Assembly (NCBI GenBank): GCA_016929645.1
Contig: JAFGIK010000003.1
Span: forward strand, 6,913-70,912
Source: Candidatus Dojkabacteria bacterium
GTDB taxonomy: Bacteria; Patescibacteriota; Dojkabacteria; SC72; JAFGCJ01
Length of the DNA stretch: 64,000 nucleotides
Direction: 5' to 3'
Below are positions 8,825 through 18,726 of the stretch, piece by piece. Each line of letters opens with the position of its first letter. Position 1 is the stretch's first letter. The notes beneath the pieces are model-generated. The model saw nothing but the letters and a program-made list of their open reading frames with translations. It ran no database searches and was not told the origin of the DNA. Both the position numbers and the translations under genes were made by a program.

Positions 8825-11467
8825 TTACTCTACATGGCCGTTGTATATTAACTTTCTGGTATAGATATTAGTGTTTCCACCTCGAACTGCTTGATAAAGT
8901 TCCAGATTAAATGCAATCATAGTAATGTTACCTGGAGTTTGCCCATGAGATTGCCAATTAGACCAATTTATACCATCATTTGTATACCTGGTATATATAT
9001 TAGTATTTCCTCCCCGAACTGCTTGGTATAGTTGTCCTCGAAATGAAGTCATCGTGATATTACCAGGAGTCTGTCCATTAGCAATCCAACTAGACCAATT
9101 TGTACCATCGCTGGTGGATCTGGTCATAATGTTAGAATTTGTTTCCGTTGCAGCTTGATATAGTGATCCATCGTGAACTATCATTGTTACGTCTCCGTAA
9201 GTGTGTCCGCTTGCGATCCAACTAGACCAAGTTGTACCATTATCTGTGTATCTTGTATAAATGCTAGTATTTCCGCCACGAACCGCCTGATATAATCTAC
9301 CACTGTATTCAGTCATAGTAATATTACCAGGAGTTTGTCCGTTAGCGATCCAAATAGACCAATTTGTGCCATCCGTTGTGGATCTTGTGTATATATTAGT
9401 ATTTCCTCCGCGAACGGCTTGATATAATTTACCATCAAATACAGTCATAGTAATATTACTTGGTGTTTGTCCGTTAGCAACCCAGCTAGACCAATTCGTA
9501 CCGTCAGTTGTGTATCTTGTGTATATATTGGTATTTCCACCTCGAACTGCTTGATATAGTCGACCATTAAAAACGGCCATTGTTATATCGCCAGGAGTTT
9601 GTCCATTTGCAACCCAGCTGGACCAGTTTGTACCATCAGCAGTGGATCTTGTGTATATATTAGTATTTCCACCGCGGACAGCCTGATATAATCTTCCATC
9701 GAATTCGATCATTGTTATGTTGCTTGGTGTTTGTCCGTTTGATATCCAATCACTCCAAACCATTATTCCGGAGCCTTCTTCTGTTTGCAGTAACAAAGCA
9801 TTTGATGCATTTAATACGCCGTTACCCGTTTCATTGTCAAATCCAGCGGCTCCGACGTCAACCGTTGATTCGTTGAGTATTGCTCTTATCTGGTTTATAC
9901 CAAAATCTGGATAGATGCTCTTCAACAGTGCCGCCACTCCTGCAACTTGAGGCGCTGCAAATGATGTTCCTCTCATACTATAGAAACTGAACGTTGTAAA
10001 CGAGTCAACAGTTGGATCCCAGTAAGGTGATGTTTTATAATCTGTACAAGGGTAAAGGTTAGAAGATGTAGATTGGGAGTTGCAAGTATAGTTGTACTGA
10101 TAAAATCCCTGATAACCAGCAGGCTCTCCTGAATCTCCGACTGGTGCAACAAGATCTATCCATGATCCATAAGTTGAGTAGTCGCTTCGTGTTCCATCTC
10201 GATTAACTGCTCCGACAGCGATAACAGATCCGTATCCCGCTGGATATTCTTTTACATTGCCTTTGCTAATTGCTCCGTTACCTGAAGAAGCTACGGAAAT
10301 TATTCCTTGTGAAGCAATTTCTGCAAATAGAGTGTCTTCAATAGCTGAATATTCTGAGCCACCAAGACTCATATTAATAACATCAGCACCGTTATTCATT
10401 GCATATTGTGCACTTGTTATTAGTGCTGGGCTATATGCTAAGCCTTTATGACTGAACATTTTTATTGGTATAATTGTTGTGTTAAATGCTATTCCAGCTC
10501 CATATGCTTCATTATTTGTATTTCCTGCAATAATTTCTGCTACATGGGTGCCATGACCTAAATCATCATCAGGATAGCCTTCTTCTGAGGATATCACACC
10601 ATAATTATCTGGATAAAAATAATAATCAAAGAAATTCACTCCATTGTAATCATCAATAACTCCGTTGTGGTCGTCATCTGAACCGTTATTTGGGGTTTCA
10701 TCTGTGTTAACCCAAAGGTTTACTGGTCTATCATATGGGTTATTAAAAGACCAATTATGATCATATGAAGGTCCACCATCATCAACGGTTGGTTGATCTA
10801 CTGCACGATCCTCATATGCAAGTCCTGAGTCGATTACTGCCACAATTACGGATGAGCTACCGCCGTAAGATCCTGATACATACTCTGTGTATTCCCATGC
10901 ATCTGGCATGTCAATTGAGTACCAACCTGTATCTGTTCTGTTTCCAAGTTGCCATTGATTTGGTGTATTTGTTCGGAAATTTGGGTCATTTGGATACCAT
11001 GCATGTAATTCTCTTTCATATGCTGGCTCTGCTATAAGGATGTCATCTCTTTGATTCAGCTCATATAAAAACTGGGTAACCGTTTGTCCTTCTGGAACAG
11101 CTAAAACGGAGTATCTTCCGCCTCCAACTTCTGGGGCATTTTCTGTTAGATTATTGTTTACTTCTGAGTCTAAGCTCTTTGCTATTCCTTTTATATCTAA
11201 TCCAGAGTTGTTCACAAATAAAACAGAAACAAAATCCTGAGAATAGTCATTGTTGTTCGTCATTGAGTAAATGTCCCATAAGGATTGATTTACTTTCTTG
11301 CCATCAAGCAATAACTGTGTATCTGCTGATACTTCTGAATTCATGCTTATGTCTGAACTTTGATCACTAGCTAAAACTTCTTTTGCTGGGAATAATATCC
11401 CTACGTATGAAAACGCAATAAAAGTTGCAAGGAAAGTCTTTAATAAAGATTTTCTTTTTTTACTCAT
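8825..11467 (-). CDS. Secreted S8 subtilisin-family serine protease with C-terminal 7-repeat beta-propeller
   Basis: Signal peptide; triad VAVIDSG / HGTHVA / GTSFAAPQVAG; seven 44-aa repeats; ATG 11467 preferred to TTG 11482. Confidence 0.92.
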   Translation of the reverse strand: MSKKRKSLLKTFLATFIAFSYVGILFPAKEVLASDQSSDISMNSEVSADTQLLLDGKKVNQSLWDIYSMTNNNDYSQDFVSVLFVNNSGLDIKGIAKSLDSEVNNNLTENAPEVGGGRYSVLAVPEGQTVTQFLYELNQRDDILIAEPAYERELHAWYPNDPNFRTNTPNQWQLGNRTDTGWYSIDMPDAWEYTEYVSGSYGGSSSVIVAVIDSGLAYEDRAVDQPTVDDGGPSYDHNWSFNNPYDRPVNLWVNTDETPNNGSDDDHNGVIDDYNGVNFFDYYFYPDNYGVISSEEGYPDDDLGHGTHVAEIIAGNTNNEAYGAGIAFNTTIIPIKMFSHKGLAYSPALITSAQYAMNNGADVINMSLGGSEYSAIEDTLFAEIASQGIISVASSGNGAISKGNVKEYPAGYGSVIAVGAVNRDGTRSDYSTYGSWIDLVAPVGDSGEPAGYQGFYQYNYTCNSQSTSSNLYPCTDYKTSPYWDPTVDSFTTFSFYSMRGTSFAAPQVAGVAALLKSIYPDFGINQIRAILNESTVDVGAAGFDNETGNGVLNASNALLLQTEEGSGIMVWSDWISNGQTPSNITMIEFDGRLYQAVRGGNTNIYTRSTADGTNWSSWVANGQTPGDITMAVFNGRLYQAVRGGNTNIYTRYTTDGTNWSSWVANGQTPSNITMTVFDGKLYQAVRGGNTNIYTRSTTDGTNWSIWIANGQTPGNITMTEYSGRLYQAVRGGNTSIYTRYTDNGTTWSSWIASGHTYGDVTMIVHDGSLYQAATETNSNIMTRSTSDGTNWSSWIANGQTPGNITMTSFRGQLYQAVRGGNTNIYTRYTNDGINWSNWQSHGQTPGNITMIAFNLELYQAVRGGNTNIYTRKLIYNGHVE
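8828..9757 (-). repeat. Seven tandem 132-bp (44-aa) coding repeats
   Basis: WSxWxxNGQTPxNITMxxFxGRLYQAVRGGNTNIYTRxTxDGTN repeated 7 times; DNA period 132 bp (for example 9529 vs 9661). Confidence 0.95.
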
Positions 11468-11686
11468 AAATTTTTTTCTCAATTAAGATATTAAATTTCA
11501 ATATTGTTATTTTATAATATTTCGATTTATTATAAAAGTTGTCTAGACTATACAGATGAATGTTTGTAGAATATACTATTTTTTATTCTTGCAGTAAATA
11601 GTAAACTTAGTAAACCTAGTAAACCAAACTAGATTCTTCATATAAAAAATAATAGAAAAAACTTAAATTTATTAAAGTAAAAGACT

Positions 11687-11782
11687 TTGTTACGGCATTG
11701 CGTAATGGCCCAATCGTAAGATTGGGGATGAAGCTAATCTACCGCAGATGATCAATGCATTAACATTGAAATGTCATAACAA
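11687..11782. other. Structured intergenic element, candidate cis-regulatory RNA
   Basis: Closing stem 11687-11699/11770-11782; internal hairpins cccaatc-gtaa-gattggg, atct/agat, tcaatg/cattga; GC-richer than its flanks. Confidence 0.4.
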
Positions 11783-11823
11783 TATACCATGTCTTTAATA
11801 TCGTGGTTGTTGACTTTCGAATA

Positions 11824-12465
11824 ATGAGTATTGGAAAATTTGCACGAAAACTACTAGGAAGCAATTTCTATAAAATTGCAAAATATTACAAAGAGTTTTT
11901 CTTTCATATTCCTTCGTTTGTAGAGATTTTGCCTAAATTTCCAGCAAATACCACAATTCTAGATGTCGGTGGTGGAGACGGCGAAGTTCTTAACTATGTA
12001 TTATCAGGAAATCCTACATTGAAAGCTGTTCTTATAGATCCTAACGATAATATCGGTGGTATGATTTCTACATCTAATAGAAAAAGAGTAACCCTGTATC
12101 CAGGTTATTCTATGCAAAAATATAAAGAATCAAATATTTCGAAAGGATACCAGTTTGTACTAATATCAGATGTGCTTCACCATATTCCAGAAAAAGATAG
12201 AGATAGATTTATCAATGAATTGCTAGGCTTGTGCTTAAAAGATTCTACTTTGATAATAAAGGATATTCAACCAGGATATGTTAAATCCTGGCTGAGTTTA
12301 TTTTCGGATATTTTTATAAGCGGTGATAAGTCTACAAAATTAATCTCTATGGAAGAAATAACAAAGAAAATTAGAAATAAATATCCAAAAGTCCAAGTTA
12401 CTGATACAGGACTTCAAAAGAAAACTCCACCAAATTACTGTTTATTATTTTCAAATTTCAAATAA
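11824..12465 (+). CDS. Class I SAM-dependent methyltransferase
   Basis: ILDVGGGDG, DVLHHIP, LIIKD. Confidence 0.85.
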   Translation: MSIGKFARKLLGSNFYKIAKYYKEFFFHIPSFVEILPKFPANTTILDVGGGDGEVLNYVLSGNPTLKAVLIDPNDNIGGMISTSNRKRVTLYPGYSMQKYKESNISKGYQFVLISDVLHHIPEKDRDRFINELLGLCLKDSTLIIKDIQPGYVKSWLSLFSDIFISGDKSTKLISMEEITKKIRNKYPKVQVTDTGLQKKTPPNYCLLFSNFK

Positions 12466-12527
12466 TCTTTGTTTTTGTGCTAGACTGCAATATTGCATTG
12501 CCAATATATTGATTTTTAGTTTGATAT

Positions 12528-13310
12528 ATGAATCATACTTTTGTTATTCCTGCATACAATCGACCAAAATACTTAGCTGAATGTATAAGATCTCTTCAAA
12601 ATCAAAACATGAAGATTCCTATAATTATATCTACTTCAACTCCAAACGATTATGTTCGGAGAATTGCAAAAAAGTATTCAGTAACGCTTATAGAGCACAA
12701 TCAAGGTGGAAGTATTGCTAAAGATTGGAATTATGCCTACAAGATTGCTGATGCGAAATATGTGACGCTCGCACACGAGGATGATATATATCTACCTAAT
12801 TATTCTGAAGCAATTAAATATCATTGTTTAAGGTATGATCCATTATTAATTTCGACAAAATATCTCGATTATGTCGATGATATGCCTCGACGGACATACG
12901 CTCATATAATTAAGAATTTTATGAACTCGGTATTTTACTATCGAAAGAAAATTGGAAGTACGTTTTGGAAAAATTTTTCACTTATGTTTGGAAACTCAAT
13001 TTGTTGTCCGAGTGTGACATATAATAAAGAGATGATAGGGGATTTTAAATTCAGTAATAAATATAAAGTAAACTTAGATTGGGATGCCTGGGCTAGATTA
13101 TCAAAATTTAGCGGCTCATTTTTGTATGTAAATAGAGTCCTGATGTACCATAGAATCCATTCTAATGCCCAGACAAACATTGGTATTCATGATTCTACTC
13201 GATATCTTGAGGATAAAGAAATGTTTGAATATTTCTGGCCAGTACCGATTGCCAGATTGCTTTCATTTTTTTATAAATACTCATATACTAGCTCAACATC
13301 AGATCATTAA
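12528..13310 (+). CDS. GT2 family glycosyltransferase
   Basis: FVIPAYN, LAHEDDIY, ICCPSV, LDWDAW, HRIH. Confidence 0.88.
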   Translation: MNHTFVIPAYNRPKYLAECIRSLQNQNMKIPIIISTSTPNDYVRRIAKKYSVTLIEHNQGGSIAKDWNYAYKIADAKYVTLAHEDDIYLPNYSEAIKYHCLRYDPLLISTKYLDYVDDMPRRTYAHIIKNFMNSVFYYRKKIGSTFWKNFSLMFGNSICCPSVTYNKEMIGDFKFSNKYKVNLDWDAWARLSKFSGSFLYVNRVLMYHRIHSNAQTNIGIHDSTRYLEDKEMFEYFWPVPIARLLSFFYKYSYTSSTSDH

Positions 13311-13387
13311 TTATAATGATTGTCTTATGTACCAAGTTCTCCAAGCAAAGAAAACAATAATATTGTTATGATTTGAATCCTTAATCT

Positions 13388-15244
13388 ATGATTTATTTAA
13401 TTTTCATTACACTTTTAATTTTTGGATATTTTATTTCATCTCAGATTTTAGAAAGAAATAAAGTATTCAGGTTTCTTGCAATTGTCTTTTCTTTGTATGT
13501 ATTTTTCACATTTTGGTTTAATTTCCTTGGGATTTGTGTAGATTTCCTGTTTTTTGTAATGATCATTTCTTTTTATGATGTTGTAGTATCTGTGATTGTT
13601 CTACTGAAAAATAGTTTTGATCTCAATAAAATCCTTAAGCTTCTGATTAAGAGTAACTTACAAGAATTCAATTTTGGATTTGATAAATTTTTGTTAATTC
13701 TTGTTATTTTAAGTTTACTTGTATCTCTCTTATACTTTGGATCTAGTCATTTCGGTCCTCAGTTCGAATCATTAGACGCATCGCTTCACTATCTTCTAGG
13801 ACGGAGATTTTACGAAGAAGGTTTTATTCAGTATTTTTCCAAAAGTATTTTTTTCCCAGAAGCAACCAATATTTATTCTTATCCATTTGGTCATACTGTT
13901 CTTTTGAGTCTTTTTTTTCACGTGTTCCCAAGTATGGATCAAATTGCGACATTTAATATTTTTCATATTTTCTTTTTTGTCTTAATTAATTCTTATTTCT
14001 TCTCTGTTGTTCAAAGATTTTTAAAATTCAAAAACAAATTAGTGTTGCTAATTTTCATACTAATGCAAACTCTTGGTTTCTTTTTTAATTTAATGATCAT
14101 GGGATTTACTTCTCAACTGGTTGGGCTCTTTTTTTTACTTGCGGCTATTGATGTTTACTCATCGAAGAAATTTCGAAGTCACATATTAGGTGTTGCTATT
14201 CTAGGCTTGTTGGTTTCTAGTATTACGACAACATACTTTTACTGGCTTGCGATATTTGGTATTTTTCTTTTAATTGATAATTTGAAAAGTGTGCTGGCAC
14301 TAGGTATCAAAAAATATCTGAACAACAATTGGAAATTTATTTTATCGATTTTGTTTTTTTCTGTAATTTTCTCATTACATTATTTGTTGGTGATCTTTAA
14401 AAGTTCGATGATCGCATCAGCCAAGTCAGACGGTTCAAGTTATAAAATATTTCTGAGTAATTTTATCCTTTTCCTTCCTTTGATAATCAACTATTTTGTT
14501 TCTGAATTGAGGTTTGTCAAGAAACAAAATAAATTCCAGTCACTTATTCTTGCAGTATCAGTGTTTGTATGTGTTCTTGGATTTTTTTATGTGTTAAATT
14601 TTATTGAGCCATACACATTTTCAAAAAGTTTTTACTTATTTTTCCCGCTAATTTATGCAATTTCTCTAAAGGAATTAGAAAAGATTAGAGATTCACTAAA
14701 TAAAATTATTTATTTTTCAATTATTGGAATACTTTTAATCTTTGTGTTGTTACCATTCTTTGAGACCGATCCAACTTACACGCAAGCAAATTCTCTACAA
14801 CTTAAGTTTGATGATCTTAATGTCAAAGTTTTTGAAATATTTCACCATAATGCCCAGATGACAGTAAACCCCAACGTCCATCCGGTTAATGCATCTGCTC
14901 AAAAGATTGAATTTGCTCAGTCATTTCAACATAAAAAACACAATGGCAAGTCTCTTGATAAGATTGTTGTTGTTGGAAATGATTCTGAGTCACTTTGGTT
15001 CTATTCATTAAGCGATGTATTTCCTCGGGATAAATCAAATAATTACTCAGTGTCAATTCCTCCTAGTCCAGATTATAATGCCTGGATTTCTGGGCGTGAA
15101 AGTGATTATCTGATTTTTATCGACAATAAAGGGAAACTTGATTGGGCCAGAGATAATAATTTTGATATCAGTGAGTTCAAGGTTGTATACAAGGTCGGAG
15201 ATAACTACTTGTTAGAATATAACCCTAAGGTAAAGAAAATTTAG
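13388..15244 (+). CDS. Large polytopic membrane protein (GT-C-like or polymerase-like)
   Basis: About 13 TM segments, DASLHY and YPFG loop motifs, soluble C-terminal domain. Confidence 0.6.
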   Translation: MIYLIFITLLIFGYFISSQILERNKVFRFLAIVFSLYVFFTFWFNFLGICVDFLFFVMIISFYDVVVSVIVLLKNSFDLNKILKLLIKSNLQEFNFGFDKFLLILVILSLLVSLLYFGSSHFGPQFESLDASLHYLLGRRFYEEGFIQYFSKSIFFPEATNIYSYPFGHTVLLSLFFHVFPSMDQIATFNIFHIFFFVLINSYFFSVVQRFLKFKNKLVLLIFILMQTLGFFFNLMIMGFTSQLVGLFFLLAAIDVYSSKKFRSHILGVAILGLLVSSITTTYFYWLAIFGIFLLIDNLKSVLALGIKKYLNNNWKFILSILFFSVIFSLHYLLVIFKSSMIASAKSDGSSYKIFLSNFILFLPLIINYFVSELRFVKKQNKFQSLILAVSVFVCVLGFFYVLNFIEPYTFSKSFYLFFPLIYAISLKELEKIRDSLNKIIYFSIIGILLIFVLLPFFETDPTYTQANSLQLKFDDLNVKVFEIFHHNAQMTVNPNVHPVNASAQKIEFAQSFQHKKHNGKSLDKIVVVGNDSESLWFYSLSDVFPRDKSNNYSVSIPPSPDYNAWISGRESDYLIFIDNKGKLDWARDNNFDISEFKVVYKVGDNYLLEYNPKVKKI

Positions 15245-15327
15245 AATCTAGTGTCTTCGCAGAGGTTATGTCAGTTTATCTGCTTCATTTCTAATACTAA
15301 AAAGGTATATAATGTTCACTCAACACA

Positions 15328-16575
15328 ATGAAAATCATTATTGATGCGACAACAACTCAAGATCAGTTTGCGAATAGGGGAATTGGAAGATATACCAACG
15401 AGGTTGTGTCTCGGATGATCGAGTATAGTAGTCAACAGGGTATGGGAGATACTTTTTACCTTTTGTTGTTTAAAAGTCCGACAACATTAACACCTGTTCT
15501 GAAAAAATATTCTGAAATTATTAAAACTATTGATCTTGGACCATTAAGGATATCTGGTTTTTTGAATGATTTATGGTGGAATCTTCAGATAAAACCAAAG
15601 ATCAAACGACTTATTAGAGAAGAGCATCCAGATGTCTATTTTTGCCCATATTTCTGGAGAAATTTTCCAGTAAAGAAGATTTCGACTGTTGTAGCTATCC
15701 ATGATTTAGCTTTTCCTATTTTAAATAGATATTCATTAAGACCTCATATTTTTGATTTGATACGAAAATTTCAGTACCATTCAACTCTGAATAGAGTCTC
15801 AAAAGTAGCTGGAGTGATAACTGATTCTGAAAACACGAAAAATGACTTATTAAAATATGTAAAGGCTGTAAATCGAGATAAAGTTTTTCCTATTCATCTT
15901 GGAATTTCAGATGAATTTCACAAAATTGAGGTTGATGAAGACGTTATTCTCAAGTATCTTCCTAAAAATGTTTTAGATCAGGGATATATTATTTATTATG
16001 GGGGGGTCGAAGTAAATAAAAACGTAGAAAATATTGTACGAGCATACTCTATGCTAGTCAGCAACTGGAAATCTAAATCTAATGAAGAGAACAAGAGTAA
16101 GTTGCCATATCTTGTCCTTGCAGGAGGAGATTTTACAAAGCTTGATATGCGGCATAAAGCTCTTGCTCAGGTCAGATATTTGATCGAGGAATTAAATCTA
16201 CAGGAATATGTTTATTTCACAGGATTTTTCGAAGATGAAGATTTGAATGATCTTTTGTCAGCAGCTAAATTGATGGTTCATATTTCACTTTACGAAGGGT
16301 TTGGATTTGCTGCTCTTGAAGCTATGAAATGCAGAGTTCCTGTTGTTGCCAGTGATAAATCTTTTTATCAGGAGGTCCTTGGTGATGGGGCCTTACTTGT
16401 TGATCCACAAAATCCTGATTTAATAGCTCAAGCTTTCTCTCGAGTTCTTTCTGATGAAGAAGTTGCAAAGAAACTTTCTGAGCTTGGTGGGAAAAAAGCT
16501 GACAGTTATACATGGGATAAGACATCTCAAAAGACCTATGATTTGTTTAGAAGTTTCGTCGGGTTAGAAAATTAA
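15328..16575 (+). CDS. GT4 family glycosyltransferase (MtfB/WbaZ-like)
   Basis: RGIGRY, IHDL, SENTKNDL, SLYEGFGFAALEAM, YTWDKT. Confidence 0.9.
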   Translation: MKIIIDATTTQDQFANRGIGRYTNEVVSRMIEYSSQQGMGDTFYLLLFKSPTTLTPVLKKYSEIIKTIDLGPLRISGFLNDLWWNLQIKPKIKRLIREEHPDVYFCPYFWRNFPVKKISTVVAIHDLAFPILNRYSLRPHIFDLIRKFQYHSTLNRVSKVAGVITDSENTKNDLLKYVKAVNRDKVFPIHLGISDEFHKIEVDEDVILKYLPKNVLDQGYIIYYGGVEVNKNVENIVRAYSMLVSNWKSKSNEENKSKLPYLVLAGGDFTKLDMRHKALAQVRYLIEELNLQEYVYFTGFFEDEDLNDLLSAAKLMVHISLYEGFGFAALEAMKCRVPVVASDKSFYQEVLGDGALLVDPQNPDLIAQAFSRVLSDEEVAKKLSELGGKKADSYTWDKTSQKTYDLFRSFVGLEN

Positions 16576-16652
16576 TTAAAATCTAGGAAATGGACTCAAT
16601 TTAGCTTTGATAAAATATTAGCAATTAATTCAAATTACTATTTTTATAAAAG

Positions 16653-17093
16653 ATGGAGACAAAACATAAAGAAACTATTGTGAATGTTGATATTAATGGT
16701 AAAAATACAGCTTTTATTCCGATCAGGTTTGATCTAAGTCTCAGACATGCTTTCCAGGGTTTAATGCTGATTGTAAAAAACGAAAGAAATTTCAGAATTC
16801 AGCTTGGTTTCACTCTGTGTGTTATTATCCTTGGCCTTATTTTTAAAGTTACTCGACCAGATTGGATAGCTATCTTCATTGTTGTCTCGCTGGTACTTGT
16901 CTCTGAGTCGTTCAATAGTGTTGTTGAAGCTATGTGTGATGTTATTTATCAGAAATATAATGAACGGGTTAAGTATGCCAAAGATGTAAGTGCTGGTGCT
17001 GTTTTAGTTAGTACAATTATCGCTATTGTGACAGGGACTGTTGTATTCTTCCCATATTTCGTTGATTTGGTAGTCAATTTATTGAACCTTTAA
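16653..17093 (+). CDS. dgkA: Diacylglycerol/undecaprenol kinase
   Basis: ERNFRIQL, ESFNSVVE, AKDVSAGAV. Confidence 0.9.
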   Translation: METKHKETIVNVDINGKNTAFIPIRFDLSLRHAFQGLMLIVKNERNFRIQLGFTLCVIILGLIFKVTRPDWIAIFIVVSLVLVSESFNSVVEAMCDVIYQKYNERVKYAKDVSAGAVLVSTIIAIVTGTVVFFPYFVDLVVNLLNL

Positions 17094-17096
17094 AAC

Positions 17097-17606
17097 ATGG
17101 TAAATCATAAACAGAAATCATCAAAAAATGGCGTAAAGTACCTTCTTTGGTCGTTAACTTTTATTGGGTTAGCCTTCCTTTCTTACAGAATATACGGACT
17201 TTTGTTAGTGACAAAGTCTTTCAATGAAGTAGAAAGTCTCTCTCTTATGATAGACGATTTGAACTTAACAATTGGTGATTCAGATGGTATCGAAATCGAT
17301 GTTGCTGATGAAGTTATTGATCAGGCTGAATCTGTTGAGTCTTTTCTCGATGAATCTTCAATCTGCTTGTCAACTTCATCCTTAACCAAAGAGCTTGATC
17401 AGTCAGAGTTATCTGTTTGTGAAAATGCCAGGGGTTATATTGACGTTGTAAAATCTCTAACAACGGATCTTCTTGATGGAAAAGATACAGTATCAGAGAA
17501 TTACAAATTGCATGATTCTTTCGATAAGTTGTCTAAAAGTTTTGATGAATACTATGATGAGCTCGATCAAAACCGGGAGAAGTATCTTATTTCTAGTGGC
17601 AATTGA
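17097..17606 (+). CDS. Hypothetical membrane-anchored acidic helical protein
   Basis: One N-terminal TM segment; starts 3 bp after dgkA. Confidence 0.6.
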   Translation: MVNHKQKSSKNGVKYLLWSLTFIGLAFLSYRIYGLLLVTKSFNEVESLSLMIDDLNLTIGDSDGIEIDVADEVIDQAESVESFLDESSICLSTSSLTKELDQSELSVCENARGYIDVVKSLTTDLLDGKDTVSENYKLHDSFDKLSKSFDEYYDELDQNREKYLISSGN

Positions 17607-17643
17607 TTTTAGATTTTCGTATTTGGTATTATAAGTTATTAGT

Positions 17644-18684
17644 CTAAAGTTTGGGTTCCAGGATCCATAATTCCGAATAGTTATCAATAATTGCAAATTT
17701 CTTCATGTTTGAACTTGGTGTCAGGCTCATTATTCTTGTGAATGGCATGAATGATATTTGATCTTTAATTAATCTATGTGCATCAAAGATCAGTAAATTT
17801 GCTTGATTCTTGCTTTCGTAAATACATGAAGTCAGATTCACATTGTCAGTCATTGATGAAACTGAACAAATTTCATTTGTCTCTTGTATGAAAGGACTTC
17901 TTCCTGGCTGTATGATTAACTCATTTCTCATTGTTGCTACTTTTAGCACAGGGAATTTATTGCTTATAAATTTAATATCTGTAATAAATTTACTGGAAAC
18001 CGGGAATTCTGCCGTTTTCAGTGTTTTGGATCTGATATCAAAGACATACAGATTTTTTTCAAGTATTGGTATTGAAGTAACAAGATAAATATGAGATTTA
18101 AATAAGAATATTGGCTTGATTGACTTGCTAAAATCGATTTCTTCAATCAGCTGACCTTTTTGGTTAAACACTTTTGTTGTTGCTGCAATATCTTCAATAT
18201 CGTTTTTGGGGAATTGTTCAGTAGAAAATATATGTTTATTTGAAACAAAGACTTCTGTGTTCACAGGCAATTTCAAAAATGTAGAAATAGTAAATTCTTT
18301 GTCATTGTTGTCTTTATTCAGAATTGTTAGTTTGCTTTCATTCGCACTTTTTTCAAATACATACAATTGATTATTATCGTAAAAAAAATCATCGATACTA
18401 TAGTCTGGTTGCGATGTGTATATTCTTGAAGATTTTCTTTTCTCTGTGTCTAGTATTACTAGAAAACTATTTTCTGAAGCAGCGATCAAATCACGATCAA
18501 TCCATAAAATTTTAGAAGGGTGAATGTTTGTAAAAAAATAGTCATATTGAATAGGTGCAGTGTTAGTGTCTTGAGCCTTCTTATTTGATAGTGAGATTTT
18601 GATTGCAATTGCTGATAATATTAAAATAGAGATTATTACAACAATAGAAGTTTTCTTCTTGATATTTTGGTTTGTCTTTATCAT
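17644..18684 (-). CDS. Hypothetical membrane-anchored beta-rich protein
   Basis: N-terminal TM, beta-strand-rich 346-aa ORF downstream of the M23 gene. Confidence 0.6.
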   Translation of the reverse strand: MIKTNQNIKKKTSIVVIISILILSAIAIKISLSNKKAQDTNTAPIQYDYFFTNIHPSKILWIDRDLIAASENSFLVILDTEKRKSSRIYTSQPDYSIDDFFYDNNQLYVFEKSANESKLTILNKDNNDKEFTISTFLKLPVNTEVFVSNKHIFSTEQFPKNDIEDIAATTKVFNQKGQLIEEIDFSKSIKPIFLFKSHIYLVTSIPILEKNLYVFDIRSKTLKTAEFPVSSKFITDIKFISNKFPVLKVATMRNELIIQPGRSPFIQETNEICSVSSMTDNVNLTSCIYESKNQANLLIFDAHRLIKDQISFMPFTRIMSLTPSSNMKKFAIIDNYSELWILEPKL

Positions 18685-18726
18685 TGTTGGACAACTTAAT
18701 TTAGTGATATGTTTTGGTAATCAGAT

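Noticed and set aside
8828-9757. Regular DNA repeats resembling a CRISPR array or DGR template/variable repeats
   Set aside because: The period is 132 bp, in frame within a protease, with mainly synonymous variation. There are no unique spacers, cas genes or reverse transcriptase in the window.
11700-11775. Hammerhead, SAM-I, fluoride or c-di-GMP-I riboswitch call
   Set aside because: Only fragments match (CAGATGA not CTGATGA; no AUC/GCAACC SAM core; no GCAAA). Kept as an unknown structure.
16000-16006. G7 tract in a GT4 gene (also G6 at 2691-2696 and A9 at 32941-32949) as phase-variation switches
   Set aside because: The tracts are short, all ORFs are in frame, and A-runs are common at this composition; read-level indel data would be needed.
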